Virus record (IMG/VR): IMGVR_UViG_3300014913_001094
Location: 1-64,000 of that record
Source of the DNA: a virus
Direction: 5' to 3' (one strand)
DNA length: 64,000 bases
Below, in pieces: positions 44,903 through 54,800 of the stretch. The position numbers and the translations under genes are program-made. The first letter of the stretch is position 1. Every line of letters starts with the position of its first letter. Below the pieces are notes generated by a model. That model was given only the letters and a program-made list of their open reading frames with translations, did not search any database and was not told the DNA's origin.

Positions 44903-46243
44903 ATGGTTCTTTGGAATGAGTCAGGTTGGGATGCCGCAAGGTGGGATCTAGGCGGAAGTGAATTAGCTTCTGACTGGTTTCAGATTGCATATGACGGCGA
45001 CACAGAGATAGCTGGCATTCTAAGTATTATTGAGTTTGATGGCGATTTGTATGCTGGTACTAGCGATGGTAGAGTTATAACATCAGTAAATGGTACAACA
45101 TGGTCTCTTGCTTATGATTCGCTAGAAGATGAGATGCATGGTCTTGCACTCTTCGGCGGTGACTTATATGCTATAACAGGAAACAATGGAAGAGTACTAA
45201 AGACCACTGATGGTTCTTCCTGGACTCTTGCTTACGACTCTCCACAGACAGATTTATTTGCAATTCAAGAATTCAGTAGCTATTTATATGTGGGTGGCGA
45301 CAATGGAGTAATCTACAGAAGTAGCGATGGTGCTACCTGGACTCTTGCTTACGATTCTCCACAAACTACCATTCATGATTTTGGAGATTTCAATGGCTCC
45401 CTATTTGCCGCAACAGGAACTAATGGGGTGATTTATTCTAGTGCAGACGGAACAACATGGTCTCTCGCTTATGACTCTCCGCAAACTGGAATTTTATCAT
45501 TAGCATCTTTAGATCCTTCTTTAGATCCTTATGTTGACGATACACTCTTTGCTGGAGTTGATACGTCGTTCTTAATCTATAAGACTACTGATGGTACAAC
45601 GTGGGAAGTTGCATATGATGGACCAGACGGTGCTGGTGGCGTTAATAGTATGTATGCAACTGATGCAATGATATTTGCTGGCTCTGATACAGATGGATCA
45701 TTATTTAAAAGCGACGATGGTCTCACTTGGTTCATGAGCTATGACTCACCAGCAGGTTCAATCAATGCAATGGCTCCATGGTCTAGCAATTGTAATCTAT
45801 ATTTAGGTGCTGATGAATTTGTATATAGTATGGATAATCTTCCGCAGATATCTCTTGCTGATACATGTCCTGATATTACTGCACCAGATGGTGGAGAGAC
45901 AATAACAGTTGATACCTTTACGGTTCAATGGAGTGTAGAAGATGATACAAATCTCGTTTTTGATGTTGAGTATTCAAGAAATTGGTCAACGAATAGAGAT
46001 TGGGAGACTGCAGTAGATGATACTGGAGGAGATCCAGGACATACAGGAGCGCCTCTCACAGGAATACCAGGAGATCCAAATGGTAACTACCTAGAGGCTG
46101 ATTGGAATGTTTTACCAATTGTTGACAGTACAGATATGAAAATTAGGATTAGAGCGAGAGATACCAGTGCTTCTGGATGTGCACGAATAGGATCTTGGAA
46201 CGAATCAGAAGATATATTCGAACTTAATAATGGACCTTGTTAG
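44903..46243 (+). CDS. Asp-box/BNR-repeat beta-propeller protein with a C-terminal Ig-like domain
   Basis: About six S/T.DG.TW.LAYDSP repeats; ITAPDGGET...V.W and KIRIRA Ig-like motifs. Confidence 0.8.
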   Translation: MVLWNESGWDAARWDLGGSELASDWFQIAYDGDTEIAGILSIIEFDGDLYAGTSDGRVITSVNGTTWSLAYDSLEDEMHGLALFGGDLYAITGNNGRVLKTTDGSSWTLAYDSPQTDLFAIQEFSSYLYVGGDNGVIYRSSDGATWTLAYDSPQTTIHDFGDFNGSLFAATGTNGVIYSSADGTTWSLAYDSPQTGILSLASLDPSLDPYVDDTLFAGVDTSFLIYKTTDGTTWEVAYDGPDGAGGVNSMYATDAMIFAGSDTDGSLFKSDDGLTWFMSYDSPAGSINAMAPWSSNCNLYLGADEFVYSMDNLPQISLADTCPDITAPDGGETITVDTFTVQWSVEDDTNLVFDVEYSRNWSTNRDWETAVDDTGGDPGHTGAPLTGIPGDPNGNYLEADWNVLPIVDSTDMKIRIRARDTSASGCARIGSWNESEDIFELNNGPC

Positions 46244-46259
46244 TCCAGGAAGAGGAAAG

Positions 46260-47228
46260 ATGACAGCTTTAGGAATAACATGCTGGTCAGCGACAAAGGC
46301 TAATTTTGAAATAATGAAAGAACTTGGTTGCACTGAGTTTTACTCTGTAGTAGAGTGGTGTAATCATCATAAGTCTCCTGATCATTATTACTGGAGTCAG
46401 TTAGATAAAGAATTTGCTCTTGAAGAACAATATGGAATTAAGAGCATAAGAGTAATAATGCACACACCATTGTGGGCATCAGGAGTTGATCGTACAGATT
46501 GTAAGTTTAGACCTAGATCTTATCCGCCAAGAACGTTAGAATATTATGGTCGTTTTTGTGCTGCTCTTGTAAGAAGATATCCAGATAGAGAATGGATACT
46601 TTGGGGTGAGCCAGATAACTCTTGGCCACGAGAAGACGCGAAAATTATACAGTGGGCAGGTGATGCTGAAACATATGCTAAAATGGCAAAGTATGCATAT
46701 GTGGAAATGAAGAAAGCTGATTCTAAATGTGTTGTGGGACTTGGAAGTCTTGTTGGAGCAACGCTGAATGGAACTTATCGAACAGTAGTAGAGAATAATA
46801 AGCCTCTCAATAAGCTACCGTTTTTTGAAAAGTTGTTAGAATTAGATATGGGCAATTATTGTGATTTCATTCCCCTTGATCTCTATTGCTGGGGTTACGG
46901 AGGATCAAGAAACTTTTTAGCAGGAATTCGAAAAATAAAGGGAATAATGGCTGACTTTAATGTAAAGAAGCCACTATATATAATGGAGTGTGGTGCCAAG
47001 ATAACTCCTCCAGGAGGAAAGATGAGAGAGGAATTTCATCACGAGGTAGTGAATGAAGAAACTCAGGCTGGTTTCTTACTACGCGCCTACAAGTGGTCCC
47101 AAGAGAACAAAATTGACAAATTGTTCTGGCATACCTTAAAGGATAGTAATTGGGGAGTCATTAATCGCTTGGGTAGACCACATCTGAGTTACCATGTATT
47201 TAAAGCCATGAAAGCGGGTTCGTTTTGA
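46260..47228 (+). CDS. Clan GH-A glycoside hydrolase-like protein (GH39/GH5/GH42-like)
   Basis: YYWSQLD, HTPLWA, WILWGEPD (acid/base), KPLYIMECG (nucleophile), LFWH; alternative start at 46230. Confidence 0.75.
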   Translation: MTALGITCWSATKANFEIMKELGCTEFYSVVEWCNHHKSPDHYYWSQLDKEFALEEQYGIKSIRVIMHTPLWASGVDRTDCKFRPRSYPPRTLEYYGRFCAALVRRYPDREWILWGEPDNSWPREDAKIIQWAGDAETYAKMAKYAYVEMKKADSKCVVGLGSLVGATLNGTYRTVVENNKPLNKLPFFEKLLELDMGNYCDFIPLDLYCWGYGGSRNFLAGIRKIKGIMADFNVKKPLYIMECGAKITPPGGKMREEFHHEVVNEETQAGFLLRAYKWSQENKIDKLFWHTLKDSNWGVINRLGRPHLSYHVFKAMKAGSF

Positions 47229-48109
47229 GAGCACAGAGTATTTCGAGTTTGATTATGTTCATCGTTACAATTACTTTCTGCATAAGCGCTACAGAGGTGC
47301 CTATAGCTGAGTCACAAGATAGAGGTGCTCCAATTATTGTTCAAGTTGGGCAAACAGAGCAAGAAGAGATTACACAAAAGCAGGAAGAAATGCTCTTTCC
47401 GACTGTTCGTCTTGCTGTAACTCATAAGTCTGGAGGAGTCACAATACATGGAGCTGGAAGCGGATCTGTAGTGTCTTCAAAGTTTCTAGGGGTTGAAAAA
47501 ACAGAGTCTGGAGAAAGAGATATTTATGAAAATTTCATAATCACAGCCCACCATGTTGCTGTAAGTCCTTTTAAAAAGAAGAGTGAGTCAGAAATTGTAG
47601 TAAGTGTATTTTGCGATGAACCGCTATTGTCTATGAAAGTTTGTGGAAAAGTTGTTTATGGAGACAAGCTAGCAGATTTTGCAATTGTACGTCTTGATTA
47701 TGACGGTCCTCTGTTTGTTGCTAAAGTATTGCCTTCTGAGTTTACTCCAAGAGCTTTTCAAACAAGCTACACATTGGGATGTCCTCTTGGAATATCAGTA
47801 CCTTTGCCCATTGAAGGTATTATTAGATTGCCTGAAGCAAATAGGAAAGATGTGCAAATGGGGGTCACAAGTGCAGGAGCTCTGCCAGGAAATAGTGGTG
47901 GTGGAGTTTATGTTAAATTTAATAATACATATTATCTTGTTGGAGTTATCTCTTTTATTTCAGTAAACAATGAGATTGTGATTGGTGGTCCTTGTGGATT
48001 TCATCTAAGTGTTGATGTAGGAGTCCCTGAGTTAGCATGGTATGTAACAATTTCACATATAGAAGAAATCCTTCTTAATGAAACTTATGAAGAGTATTTA
48101 GGGAGATAA
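47225..48109 (+). CDS. Trypsin-like (S1) serine protease with signal/anchor peptide
   Basis: GSGSVV, ITAHHV, DFAIV, PGNSGGGV. Confidence 0.88.
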   Translation: MRAQSISSLIMFIVTITFCISATEVPIAESQDRGAPIIVQVGQTEQEEITQKQEEMLFPTVRLAVTHKSGGVTIHGAGSGSVVSSKFLGVEKTESGERDIYENFIITAHHVAVSPFKKKSESEIVVSVFCDEPLLSMKVCGKVVYGDKLADFAIVRLDYDGPLFVAKVLPSEFTPRAFQTSYTLGCPLGISVPLPIEGIIRLPEANRKDVQMGVTSAGALPGNSGGGVYVKFNNTYYLVGVISFISVNNEIVIGGPCGFHLSVDVGVPELAWYVTISHIEEILLNETYEEYLGR

Positions 48110-48110
48110 A

Positions 48111-48623
48111 GTGTCAATATTAACTAATGTAATTCATTTTCGTGGAGAGACTGTTACTCTCTATGCTACCTTTAAGCAAGCTACTTCTGTTCCTGAGTCG
48201 ACTGGAATTTTGACAATTCAACCGACTGTAAGGATAGAATATGTAAATTCTCTTGGAAATGTAATTACAACGTTACCTGACACTCAAATGTCTCTTATAT
48301 CAAAAGAGAGATTCTTTTACAATTGGTTGATACCAGATTCAGCTCCAATTACTGCATATATAGTAACTTATACTGGAATCATTGATGAAATTGAAGCATC
48401 GAGAACAGAAGAGCTTGTAGTAGGTAATCCCAATATCACTACAAAGAATCGTTGTATGCTTAGATATGGCCCAGGAAGCGTTTTGTTGCGTCCTCGTGAT
48501 TTTTCTGTTCGACCACACCCTGCACAACCAAGAATAGTGCCAATACCAGCGAGAACAAATAAAAAATTCTGTGGAACTTGTCCGCCACAACAAACAATAG
48601 TTCCGCCTCCACCTGGATCTTAG
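48111..48623 (+). CDS. Ig-like structural protein (paralog family with 48632 and 51089)
   Basis: RGETV.LY..F, PTV.I, M..I...RFFYNW.IP, Y.GIID. Confidence 0.6.
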   Translation: MSILTNVIHFRGETVTLYATFKQATSVPESTGILTIQPTVRIEYVNSLGNVITTLPDTQMSLISKERFFYNWLIPDSAPITAYIVTYTGIIDEIEASRTEELVVGNPNITTKNRCMLRYGPGSVLLRPRDFSVRPHPAQPRIVPIPARTNKKFCGTCPPQQTIVPPPPGS

Positions 48624-48631
48624 GAGACCTA

Positions 48632-48997
48632 ATGACAGAACAAATTTTTAGACAGGGTACAACAGAAAGAATCACCACTGCCTTTATAACCTATAGTGGT
48701 GTAGTAATTCCTCAACCTGTTGGTCTTCCTACGGTTGAGATTATTTTTATAAATGACAATTTAAAGCCTGAGTCAGCAATAGCGAGAATGGTAATGACAG
48801 AATATGATGTAGGAAGATATTTTTATGATTGGAATATTCCTATAGATCAACCTACTACTGAACATCAAATTATATATAAAGGAATCATCGATGGCAGGAA
48901 AGTAATAGGAGAAGATACTGTTACAATATTACCAATAATAGTAGATTGTCCAGTTACACCTGTAAACCTTGATAATAATCAGGGATGTGGATGTTAA
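48632..48997 (+). CDS. Ig-like structural protein
   Basis: AGGAG RBS; RQGTT, PTVEI, GRYFYDWNIP, YKGIID. Confidence 0.6.
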   Translation: MTEQIFRQGTTERITTAFITYSGVVIPQPVGLPTVEIIFINDNLKPESAIARMVMTEYDVGRYFYDWNIPIDQPTTEHQIIYKGIIDGRKVIGEDTVTILPIIVDCPVTPVNLDNNQGCGC

Positions 48998-49010
48998 ATA
49001 AGGAGAGAAT

Positions 49011-51062
49011 ATGGTAGACTATAACGATACACCACAATCTGGTGGTCCTTTAGAATCGTCATCGCTTCGTGATAATTTTCAGATTTTGAGAAACGCAACT
49101 GGATTATATGCATCAGAAACAGATCTTTTAAGTTTAGCTGTGAATGTACATGAAGGGTACTATCAAACTAATTATGTCAATAGTATTTTTCTTTCTGAAC
49201 AAGATAGTCCTGCTTTAGCAGCTAATCATGTAAGTGGCGACGGTGGTGTTCTTGGTCAACAAAGAATTGCTACACTTACAGTTGAAGCAATAGGAAGTTT
49301 CCCTTCAATAGTAAGCACTTTGAGCTGGGTTGTAGGAAGCTGGGAAACACCTCCTACTACTCCTAACCCTCCTCCTATTTTTCCTAATCGTATTCCAATT
49401 TGCAATGTTTTGATTACATTCGATATGACAGAGGTAACAAACGACCTCATCACCGACACTCGTCCTTTAATAAGTCTTGGTGGAGATGGTCCTACAGGTA
49501 TCACAGGGACACAAGGAATAACAGGTCTTCAAGGTATCCAAGGTGCAACTGGGAGTCTAGGTATTCAAGGAGACACAGGTGCTTTAGGAAATACAGGAGT
49601 CCAAGGTATCCAAGGTGACCAAGGAGATACAGGAGTCCAAGGACTACAAGGTGACACAGGTACTCAAGGTACAATTGGAAGTGCAGGAATCCAAGGCGAC
49701 ACTGGAATCCAAGGCGACACGGGTATCCAAGGTGACACGGGTCCTATAGGAGCGACAACTCTTCAAGCAGCTTATGATGGTGGAAATACGATTATTCCAA
49801 CTGGTCTTGGTCTTGGTGGGGATGAAGTAGAGATATTCCCAACTCCTGGCACAGGAGGAATCAGAATGGTATCTTCTGGAGGTAGTTTTCCTTCTCTCCT
49901 TATTCAACATATGACTAATGGACCAGCGAACCCAAGCGGACAACCGATCCGCATAGAAACAGGAACTGTTGGTAATGGAGATAGTACAACAGGAACGGCT
50001 CTACGCATAGTTGCAGATAGTTCTTTTTCAAGTGGGAATGGAACCTCTGGCTTACATATATCTACTGGGCATTCAAATTCTGGTAGAGCAGTGTTCATTG
50101 ATAGTAGAGGGACATCGGCAAATGCAATAGGTCTTCGAATCGACAGAATAGATGCCTCTAGCGTAGGAGCCCTAGGCTCCCTCATGGCTGTTACAAATTC
50201 TGCCTCTGGTCGTTTGATGGTTATATCAGATAGATTGTCAACGAGTACTGCTGATACAATATTATTTGATCACAGGACTCAAGGCATCGTTCTCAATATT
50301 GATTCAACAAATACAGCAAATGCAGCTAATATTGTTGATATCACAAATAGTGGTACTGGTGATAGTGTTGAAATTAATCAAGTTGGTGCTGGTGCAGCTC
50401 TTGATATAAATTATACCAATACTGGTTCAAGTAATGTAATTGATATTGTTAGTTCAAGCACTGGTGATGTTATTGCTATTGTTAAGAACGATACTGGTGT
50501 TGGAAGTCCAATTGATATTATTAACAAAGGTTCAGCCGCATCAATCAGGATTATTGATGAAGGTACCGGAACAATGCTCGACCTGACCCAAAGTGGGTCA
50601 GGTATAGCGATGCTACTAAATAAATCACACACTGGTAGCGACACTTGTCTTGACATCAACAATAGTGGTACAGGTACTGCAATATCTATTGCTCAATATG
50701 CATCGAGTACAGCAATGTTAATAGAATCGACATCAGCAAGTACAGCAGATTGTGTTCAAATTAAGAATAGTGGTTCAGGTAGAGGTCTTTACATTTCACA
50801 AAGTGCCACAGCAAGTGCAAGTAAAGTGATAGATATTGATAATAGTGGTACAGGAATTGGTATTAATCTCAATCAATCAACAACTACAGCCCCTGCCTTT
50901 GTAATGGGTGGTGCTGCTGATAGGTTTGAATTGACAAATTCTAAAACACCATTGAATGCTTCAGATACAGGTACAGTAGGAACTATATGTTGGGATGCAA
51001 GTTATGTTTATGTTTGCACAGCAACGAATACTTGGAAGAGAACAGCAATAGCAAGTTGGTAA
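49011..51062 (+). CDS. Fibre protein with a short collagen-like segment and beta-solenoid repeats
   Basis: About 30 G-X-Y triplets, TLQAAYDGG, I.NSGTG repeats, C-terminal GT.GTICWD..YVYVCTATNTWKR fibre-tip motif. Confidence 0.8.
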   Translation: MVDYNDTPQSGGPLESSSLRDNFQILRNATGLYASETDLLSLAVNVHEGYYQTNYVNSIFLSEQDSPALAANHVSGDGGVLGQQRIATLTVEAIGSFPSIVSTLSWVVGSWETPPTTPNPPPIFPNRIPICNVLITFDMTEVTNDLITDTRPLISLGGDGPTGITGTQGITGLQGIQGATGSLGIQGDTGALGNTGVQGIQGDQGDTGVQGLQGDTGTQGTIGSAGIQGDTGIQGDTGIQGDTGPIGATTLQAAYDGGNTIIPTGLGLGGDEVEIFPTPGTGGIRMVSSGGSFPSLLIQHMTNGPANPSGQPIRIETGTVGNGDSTTGTALRIVADSSFSSGNGTSGLHISTGHSNSGRAVFIDSRGTSANAIGLRIDRIDASSVGALGSLMAVTNSASGRLMVISDRLSTSTADTILFDHRTQGIVLNIDSTNTANAANIVDITNSGTGDSVEINQVGAGAALDINYTNTGSSNVIDIVSSSTGDVIAIVKNDTGVGSPIDIINKGSAASIRIIDEGTGTMLDLTQSGSGIAMLLNKSHTGSDTCLDINNSGTGTAISIAQYASSTAMLIESTSASTADCVQIKNSGSGRGLYISQSATASASKVIDIDNSGTGIGINLNQSTTTAPAFVMGGAADRFELTNSKTPLNASDTGTVGTICWDASYVYVCTATNTWKRTAIASW

Positions 51063-51088
51063 AATAGGCTATATACAAAGGATATAAA

Positions 51089-51766
51089 ATGCCAGATCTC
51101 AATACAGGTGTACTTCAAGGAGACATCGTACCAATTTATCTAGCAATACGTGCCTTAACGGGAGAGCTGATTCCTCAGCCACCCGACGCTCCAACAATTG
51201 CGATTACTTTCACTGATCCAGAGACTAATATTATTCATACAAGAATAGAGCAGACGCAGATGAGTGAAATAATTCCTGGACAGTATTATTACTTATGGCG
51301 AATACCACTGAATGAATTTATTGGAGAACATAGACTCTTGCTTCGTGGTGTTATAGATAATACTCCACTTGAGGCAACTGATAGTTCTTTTGTTGTTTCT
51401 GATCTCTTTCAAGTTGAAGATTTTGAAATAAGGATAAAAGTTACTGAAAGACATGAAGTATGTTATCCTGAAGTAACAGACAAGCCTGTAAAATGTAGAC
51501 GAAGAGGTCCTCTACCAGCTTCTCACATGCAAGAGGCTGACATAGGGCTTGATGATAGGGTACTTGAAGGAGCTTTCAGATTTGGTGAATTTCCAAATCA
51601 AGTTGTCGACAGGAGAGTGTCTGGAAGATTTGAAATTGGTTATGGCGCCAGAAGTGGCCTAAACAGTTACATCAACAGTAGAATGCCTGGAGGAGGTCCA
51701 GCTCATCGTCTGAGAGGCATCAATGAGGGACAGGTACCACCTCATAAAGGTGGATTTAGATATTAA
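51089..51766 (+). CDS. Ig-like structural protein with a basic C-terminal extension
   Basis: QGDIVPIY, PTIAI, MSEIIPGQYYYLWRIP, RGVID. Confidence 0.6.
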   Translation: MPDLNTGVLQGDIVPIYLAIRALTGELIPQPPDAPTIAITFTDPETNIIHTRIEQTQMSEIIPGQYYYLWRIPLNEFIGEHRLLLRGVIDNTPLEATDSSFVVSDLFQVEDFEIRIKVTERHEVCYPEVTDKPVKCRRRGPLPASHMQEADIGLDDRVLEGAFRFGEFPNQVVDRRVSGRFEIGYGARSGLNSYINSRMPGGGPAHRLRGINEGQVPPHKGGFRY

Positions 51767-51772
51767 AATAGA

Positions 51773-51801
51773 GTGACAAAATAAATAGCCTTGCATATAA
51801 A
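51773..51801 (+). promoter_or_regulatory. Sigma70-like promoter candidate (GTGACA-17-TATAAA) overlapping a terminator
   Basis: GTGACA at 51773-51778 and TATAAA at 51796-51801. Confidence 0.5.
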
Positions 51802-51818
51802 AGTGCAAGGCTATTTTT
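51783..51818 (+). terminator. Intrinsic terminator
   Basis: AAATAGCCTTGCA-TATAAAAG-TGCAAGGCTATTT followed by TT. Confidence 0.8.
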
Positions 51819-51848
51819 GTAGCTTTTGATATATAAAGAGGAGAAAGA

Positions 51849-54800
51849 ATGACTACTGTCAGCATATGTATGATTGTTAAGAATGAGGAAGAGGTCCTTG
51901 CACGATGCCTCAAATCTCTCGGTAATTTTCCTGATCAATTAGTTATAGTAGACACAGGTTCAATAGATAGAACAATTGAAATTGCAAAGGAATTTGGAGC
52001 TGAAATTCATCACTTCGAATGGATACGAGACTTTGCCAAAGCGCGTAACTATTCCTTTAGTAAGGCAACTTGCGACTATGTTTTCTGGCTTGATGGCGAC
52101 GATGAAATTGCACCAGAAGAGCTTGAAAAGCTAATGACTCTCAAATCTAATCTCACCAAAGATATGTATCTAATGGTTTATGATTACTTCCAAGATGCAG
52201 ACGGTAATCCTAAATGTGATCTTTGGAGAGAGCGCCTTGTAAAACGAGAGTTGGGATTGAAGTGGCGCTATCCAATTCACGAATGTATCCCTATGGATCA
52301 GCGTCCTCTTGAAACAGAGCAAGTTCCAATTCGAATTACACACAAACGAACAGAGGCTGGATTTGCTAGCGACCTCAGCCGTAATATAGATATTCTTGAA
52401 AATGCTGTAAGAGGCGATTATGCCGACGATCCTCGTGTTAGATATTATTTAGCTAAAGAGATTCATGACAATAGAGATTTTGAAAGAGCATCAAGAGAGT
52501 ACACAAAGTTTCTTAATATGAATGCCGGCTGGTATGAAGATAAATTATATGCACAATTTAAATTAGCTCAGTGTTATTATGAAATGGGCTGCGACAAACA
52601 AAGGCAAGTAGAGAAATTTGAAAAGCAAGCAAGAGAAGCAAAGAATAGTAAGAAGCGAGAACAAGCAACAAGAGCAGCTAATCGCCGCAAGAAGCAGGTA
52701 AGTATACAGCATGATAATGCAAGAAAAGCCGCAAAGCAAGCGATTAAAAGCGATTCTCAATTTGCAGAGCCATACTATGTTCTTGGTCAACTTGCAATGG
52801 ATGAGCAAGATCATGATGAAGCCATCTACTGGTTTGAAAAAGCGTTTAGACCATTTCCTAATGTTCTAAGTCCTATTCGAAGAGACTTTTATACATGGAT
52901 GCCAGCTCTTCAGTTATGTGTATGTCACAGTAACCGTGGTGACTATGAACAAGCAAGCTATTACAATGAACAAGCTGCCAAGGAAAATCCACAACATTCT
53001 TCTATTATTCATAATACGAAATATTTTGCTGAGAAGCTTGAAGAAAAAACGCAAAGAAAAACTCCAGAAGGAGATATTTCTGTTAAGTTGAATCTTGGTA
53101 GTGGAAATAAAAGATACAAAGATTACACGAGTTGTGATCTGTTTCCAGGAGCAGAAGTAGATGAAGTATTTCCCCTAAATGATATTCCATATGAAGACCA
53201 AACCGTAGATGCAATTCATAGTGAACATTCTCTTGAGCATCTTCGTCATGTCGACGCAAGGTCAGCCATACAAGAATGGGCACGAGTTTTGAAGCCAGGT
53301 GGAGAGTTGCATCTTCAGATTCCAGACCTTGAAGAGTGTTGTAGAAAATATATAGAGGCAGTACAAAACGGAGATCGAAGACTACAACAATGGTATATGT
53401 ATACAATATTCGGTATACAAAAATCACAAGCCGACGAGCCGGATGAAGGTCAAATTCATTATACAGGATTTAATTTGGCTGAGATTTTAGACTTACTTAA
53501 AGATGCTGACTTCATAATAGATTATTATGGAAAATACGATGGACATAGTACGCCGTCTCTTGAGATAAGAGCTGTTAAAGCAATCGGTTCAATCAGAATA
53601 GGATGGTTGGGTCAAACATGTCTTGAAAGTCCACAGTATAGAATTCGAACACACCATATAGATAGATGGCTTCGCAGCAGAGGATATCGTACAGAGATCT
53701 CCCAAAAAGATCAAAAGTATGACACTGTGATTGCTGATAACGGTACACCATATAGGACAATACAACAATACAAGAAAGAGGGTTCAAGAGTAATTCTCAA
53801 TTTATGTGAAGACTATGACACAATGCTTTCTAAAGAAGAGATGAAAGTAGAACAAAGAAGATATGAGGTTGTAGATCTTATAGTATGTTGCTCTCATGCC
53901 CTAGCTGAGAAGTTGAAAAAATATAATACTGTTGTAATAGAAGACGCAGTTGAAGTCGATTTTAATTTAAACTGCACTTATGAAAACAAAGAACAATTGA
54001 CAGTTGGTTGGATCGGTATGGGTGGTAATGTCGTTCATGCAGAAAGACTGCGTCCACTAATTGAAGAGCTAGGATATAAGCTTGTCACAATTCATGAACA
54101 CGATAATGCAGATGTAAAGTGGGATTTGAACACTTGGCAACAAGAGTTAGCAAAATGTGATATGGCAATAGCTCCAATTGATCATCATAAGCAACCCAGC
54201 AAATCAAATAATAAACTGACAACATATATGGCTCTTGGTCTTCCTACTGTCGTCAGTCCACTAGATGCATATAAACACGTTGTTGATAATGGTCCTTCTA
54301 ATTATCCATTTTACATTGCATATAATGATGAAGGATGGAAACATTGTTTGGCTTGTCTAGGAAATGTTGAGCATCGAAGAGAAATGGGATTTGACGCAAA
54401 AGAAAAAGCAAAAGAATATAGCCTTGATGCAATAGGTCAGAAATGGGTAGATGTCTTAATTGAAACTGACTGGATGAGCGATGAAGATTGGGATAAGTTA
54501 TCTGTATCATCACTCGAAAGATTATATGAAGACGAAGATAGAGCAGAACAACTTGTTGATATAATTATTCCTACATATGGTAAAGATGATTATCTTCAAG
54601 CATGTATCAATAGCATTAAGACATGTACAACTGACTATCCATATAATATTATAGTTGTTGATAGCCTAAAGCTGGGACTGAATTTTTCTCAAGCAGTAAA
54701 TCATGGAATTAGACAATCAACAGCATCGCATGTATGTATTATGAATGACGATGTAATAGTATCAAAAGGATGGTTAAAGCCATTGCTTGAAGAGTTAAAA

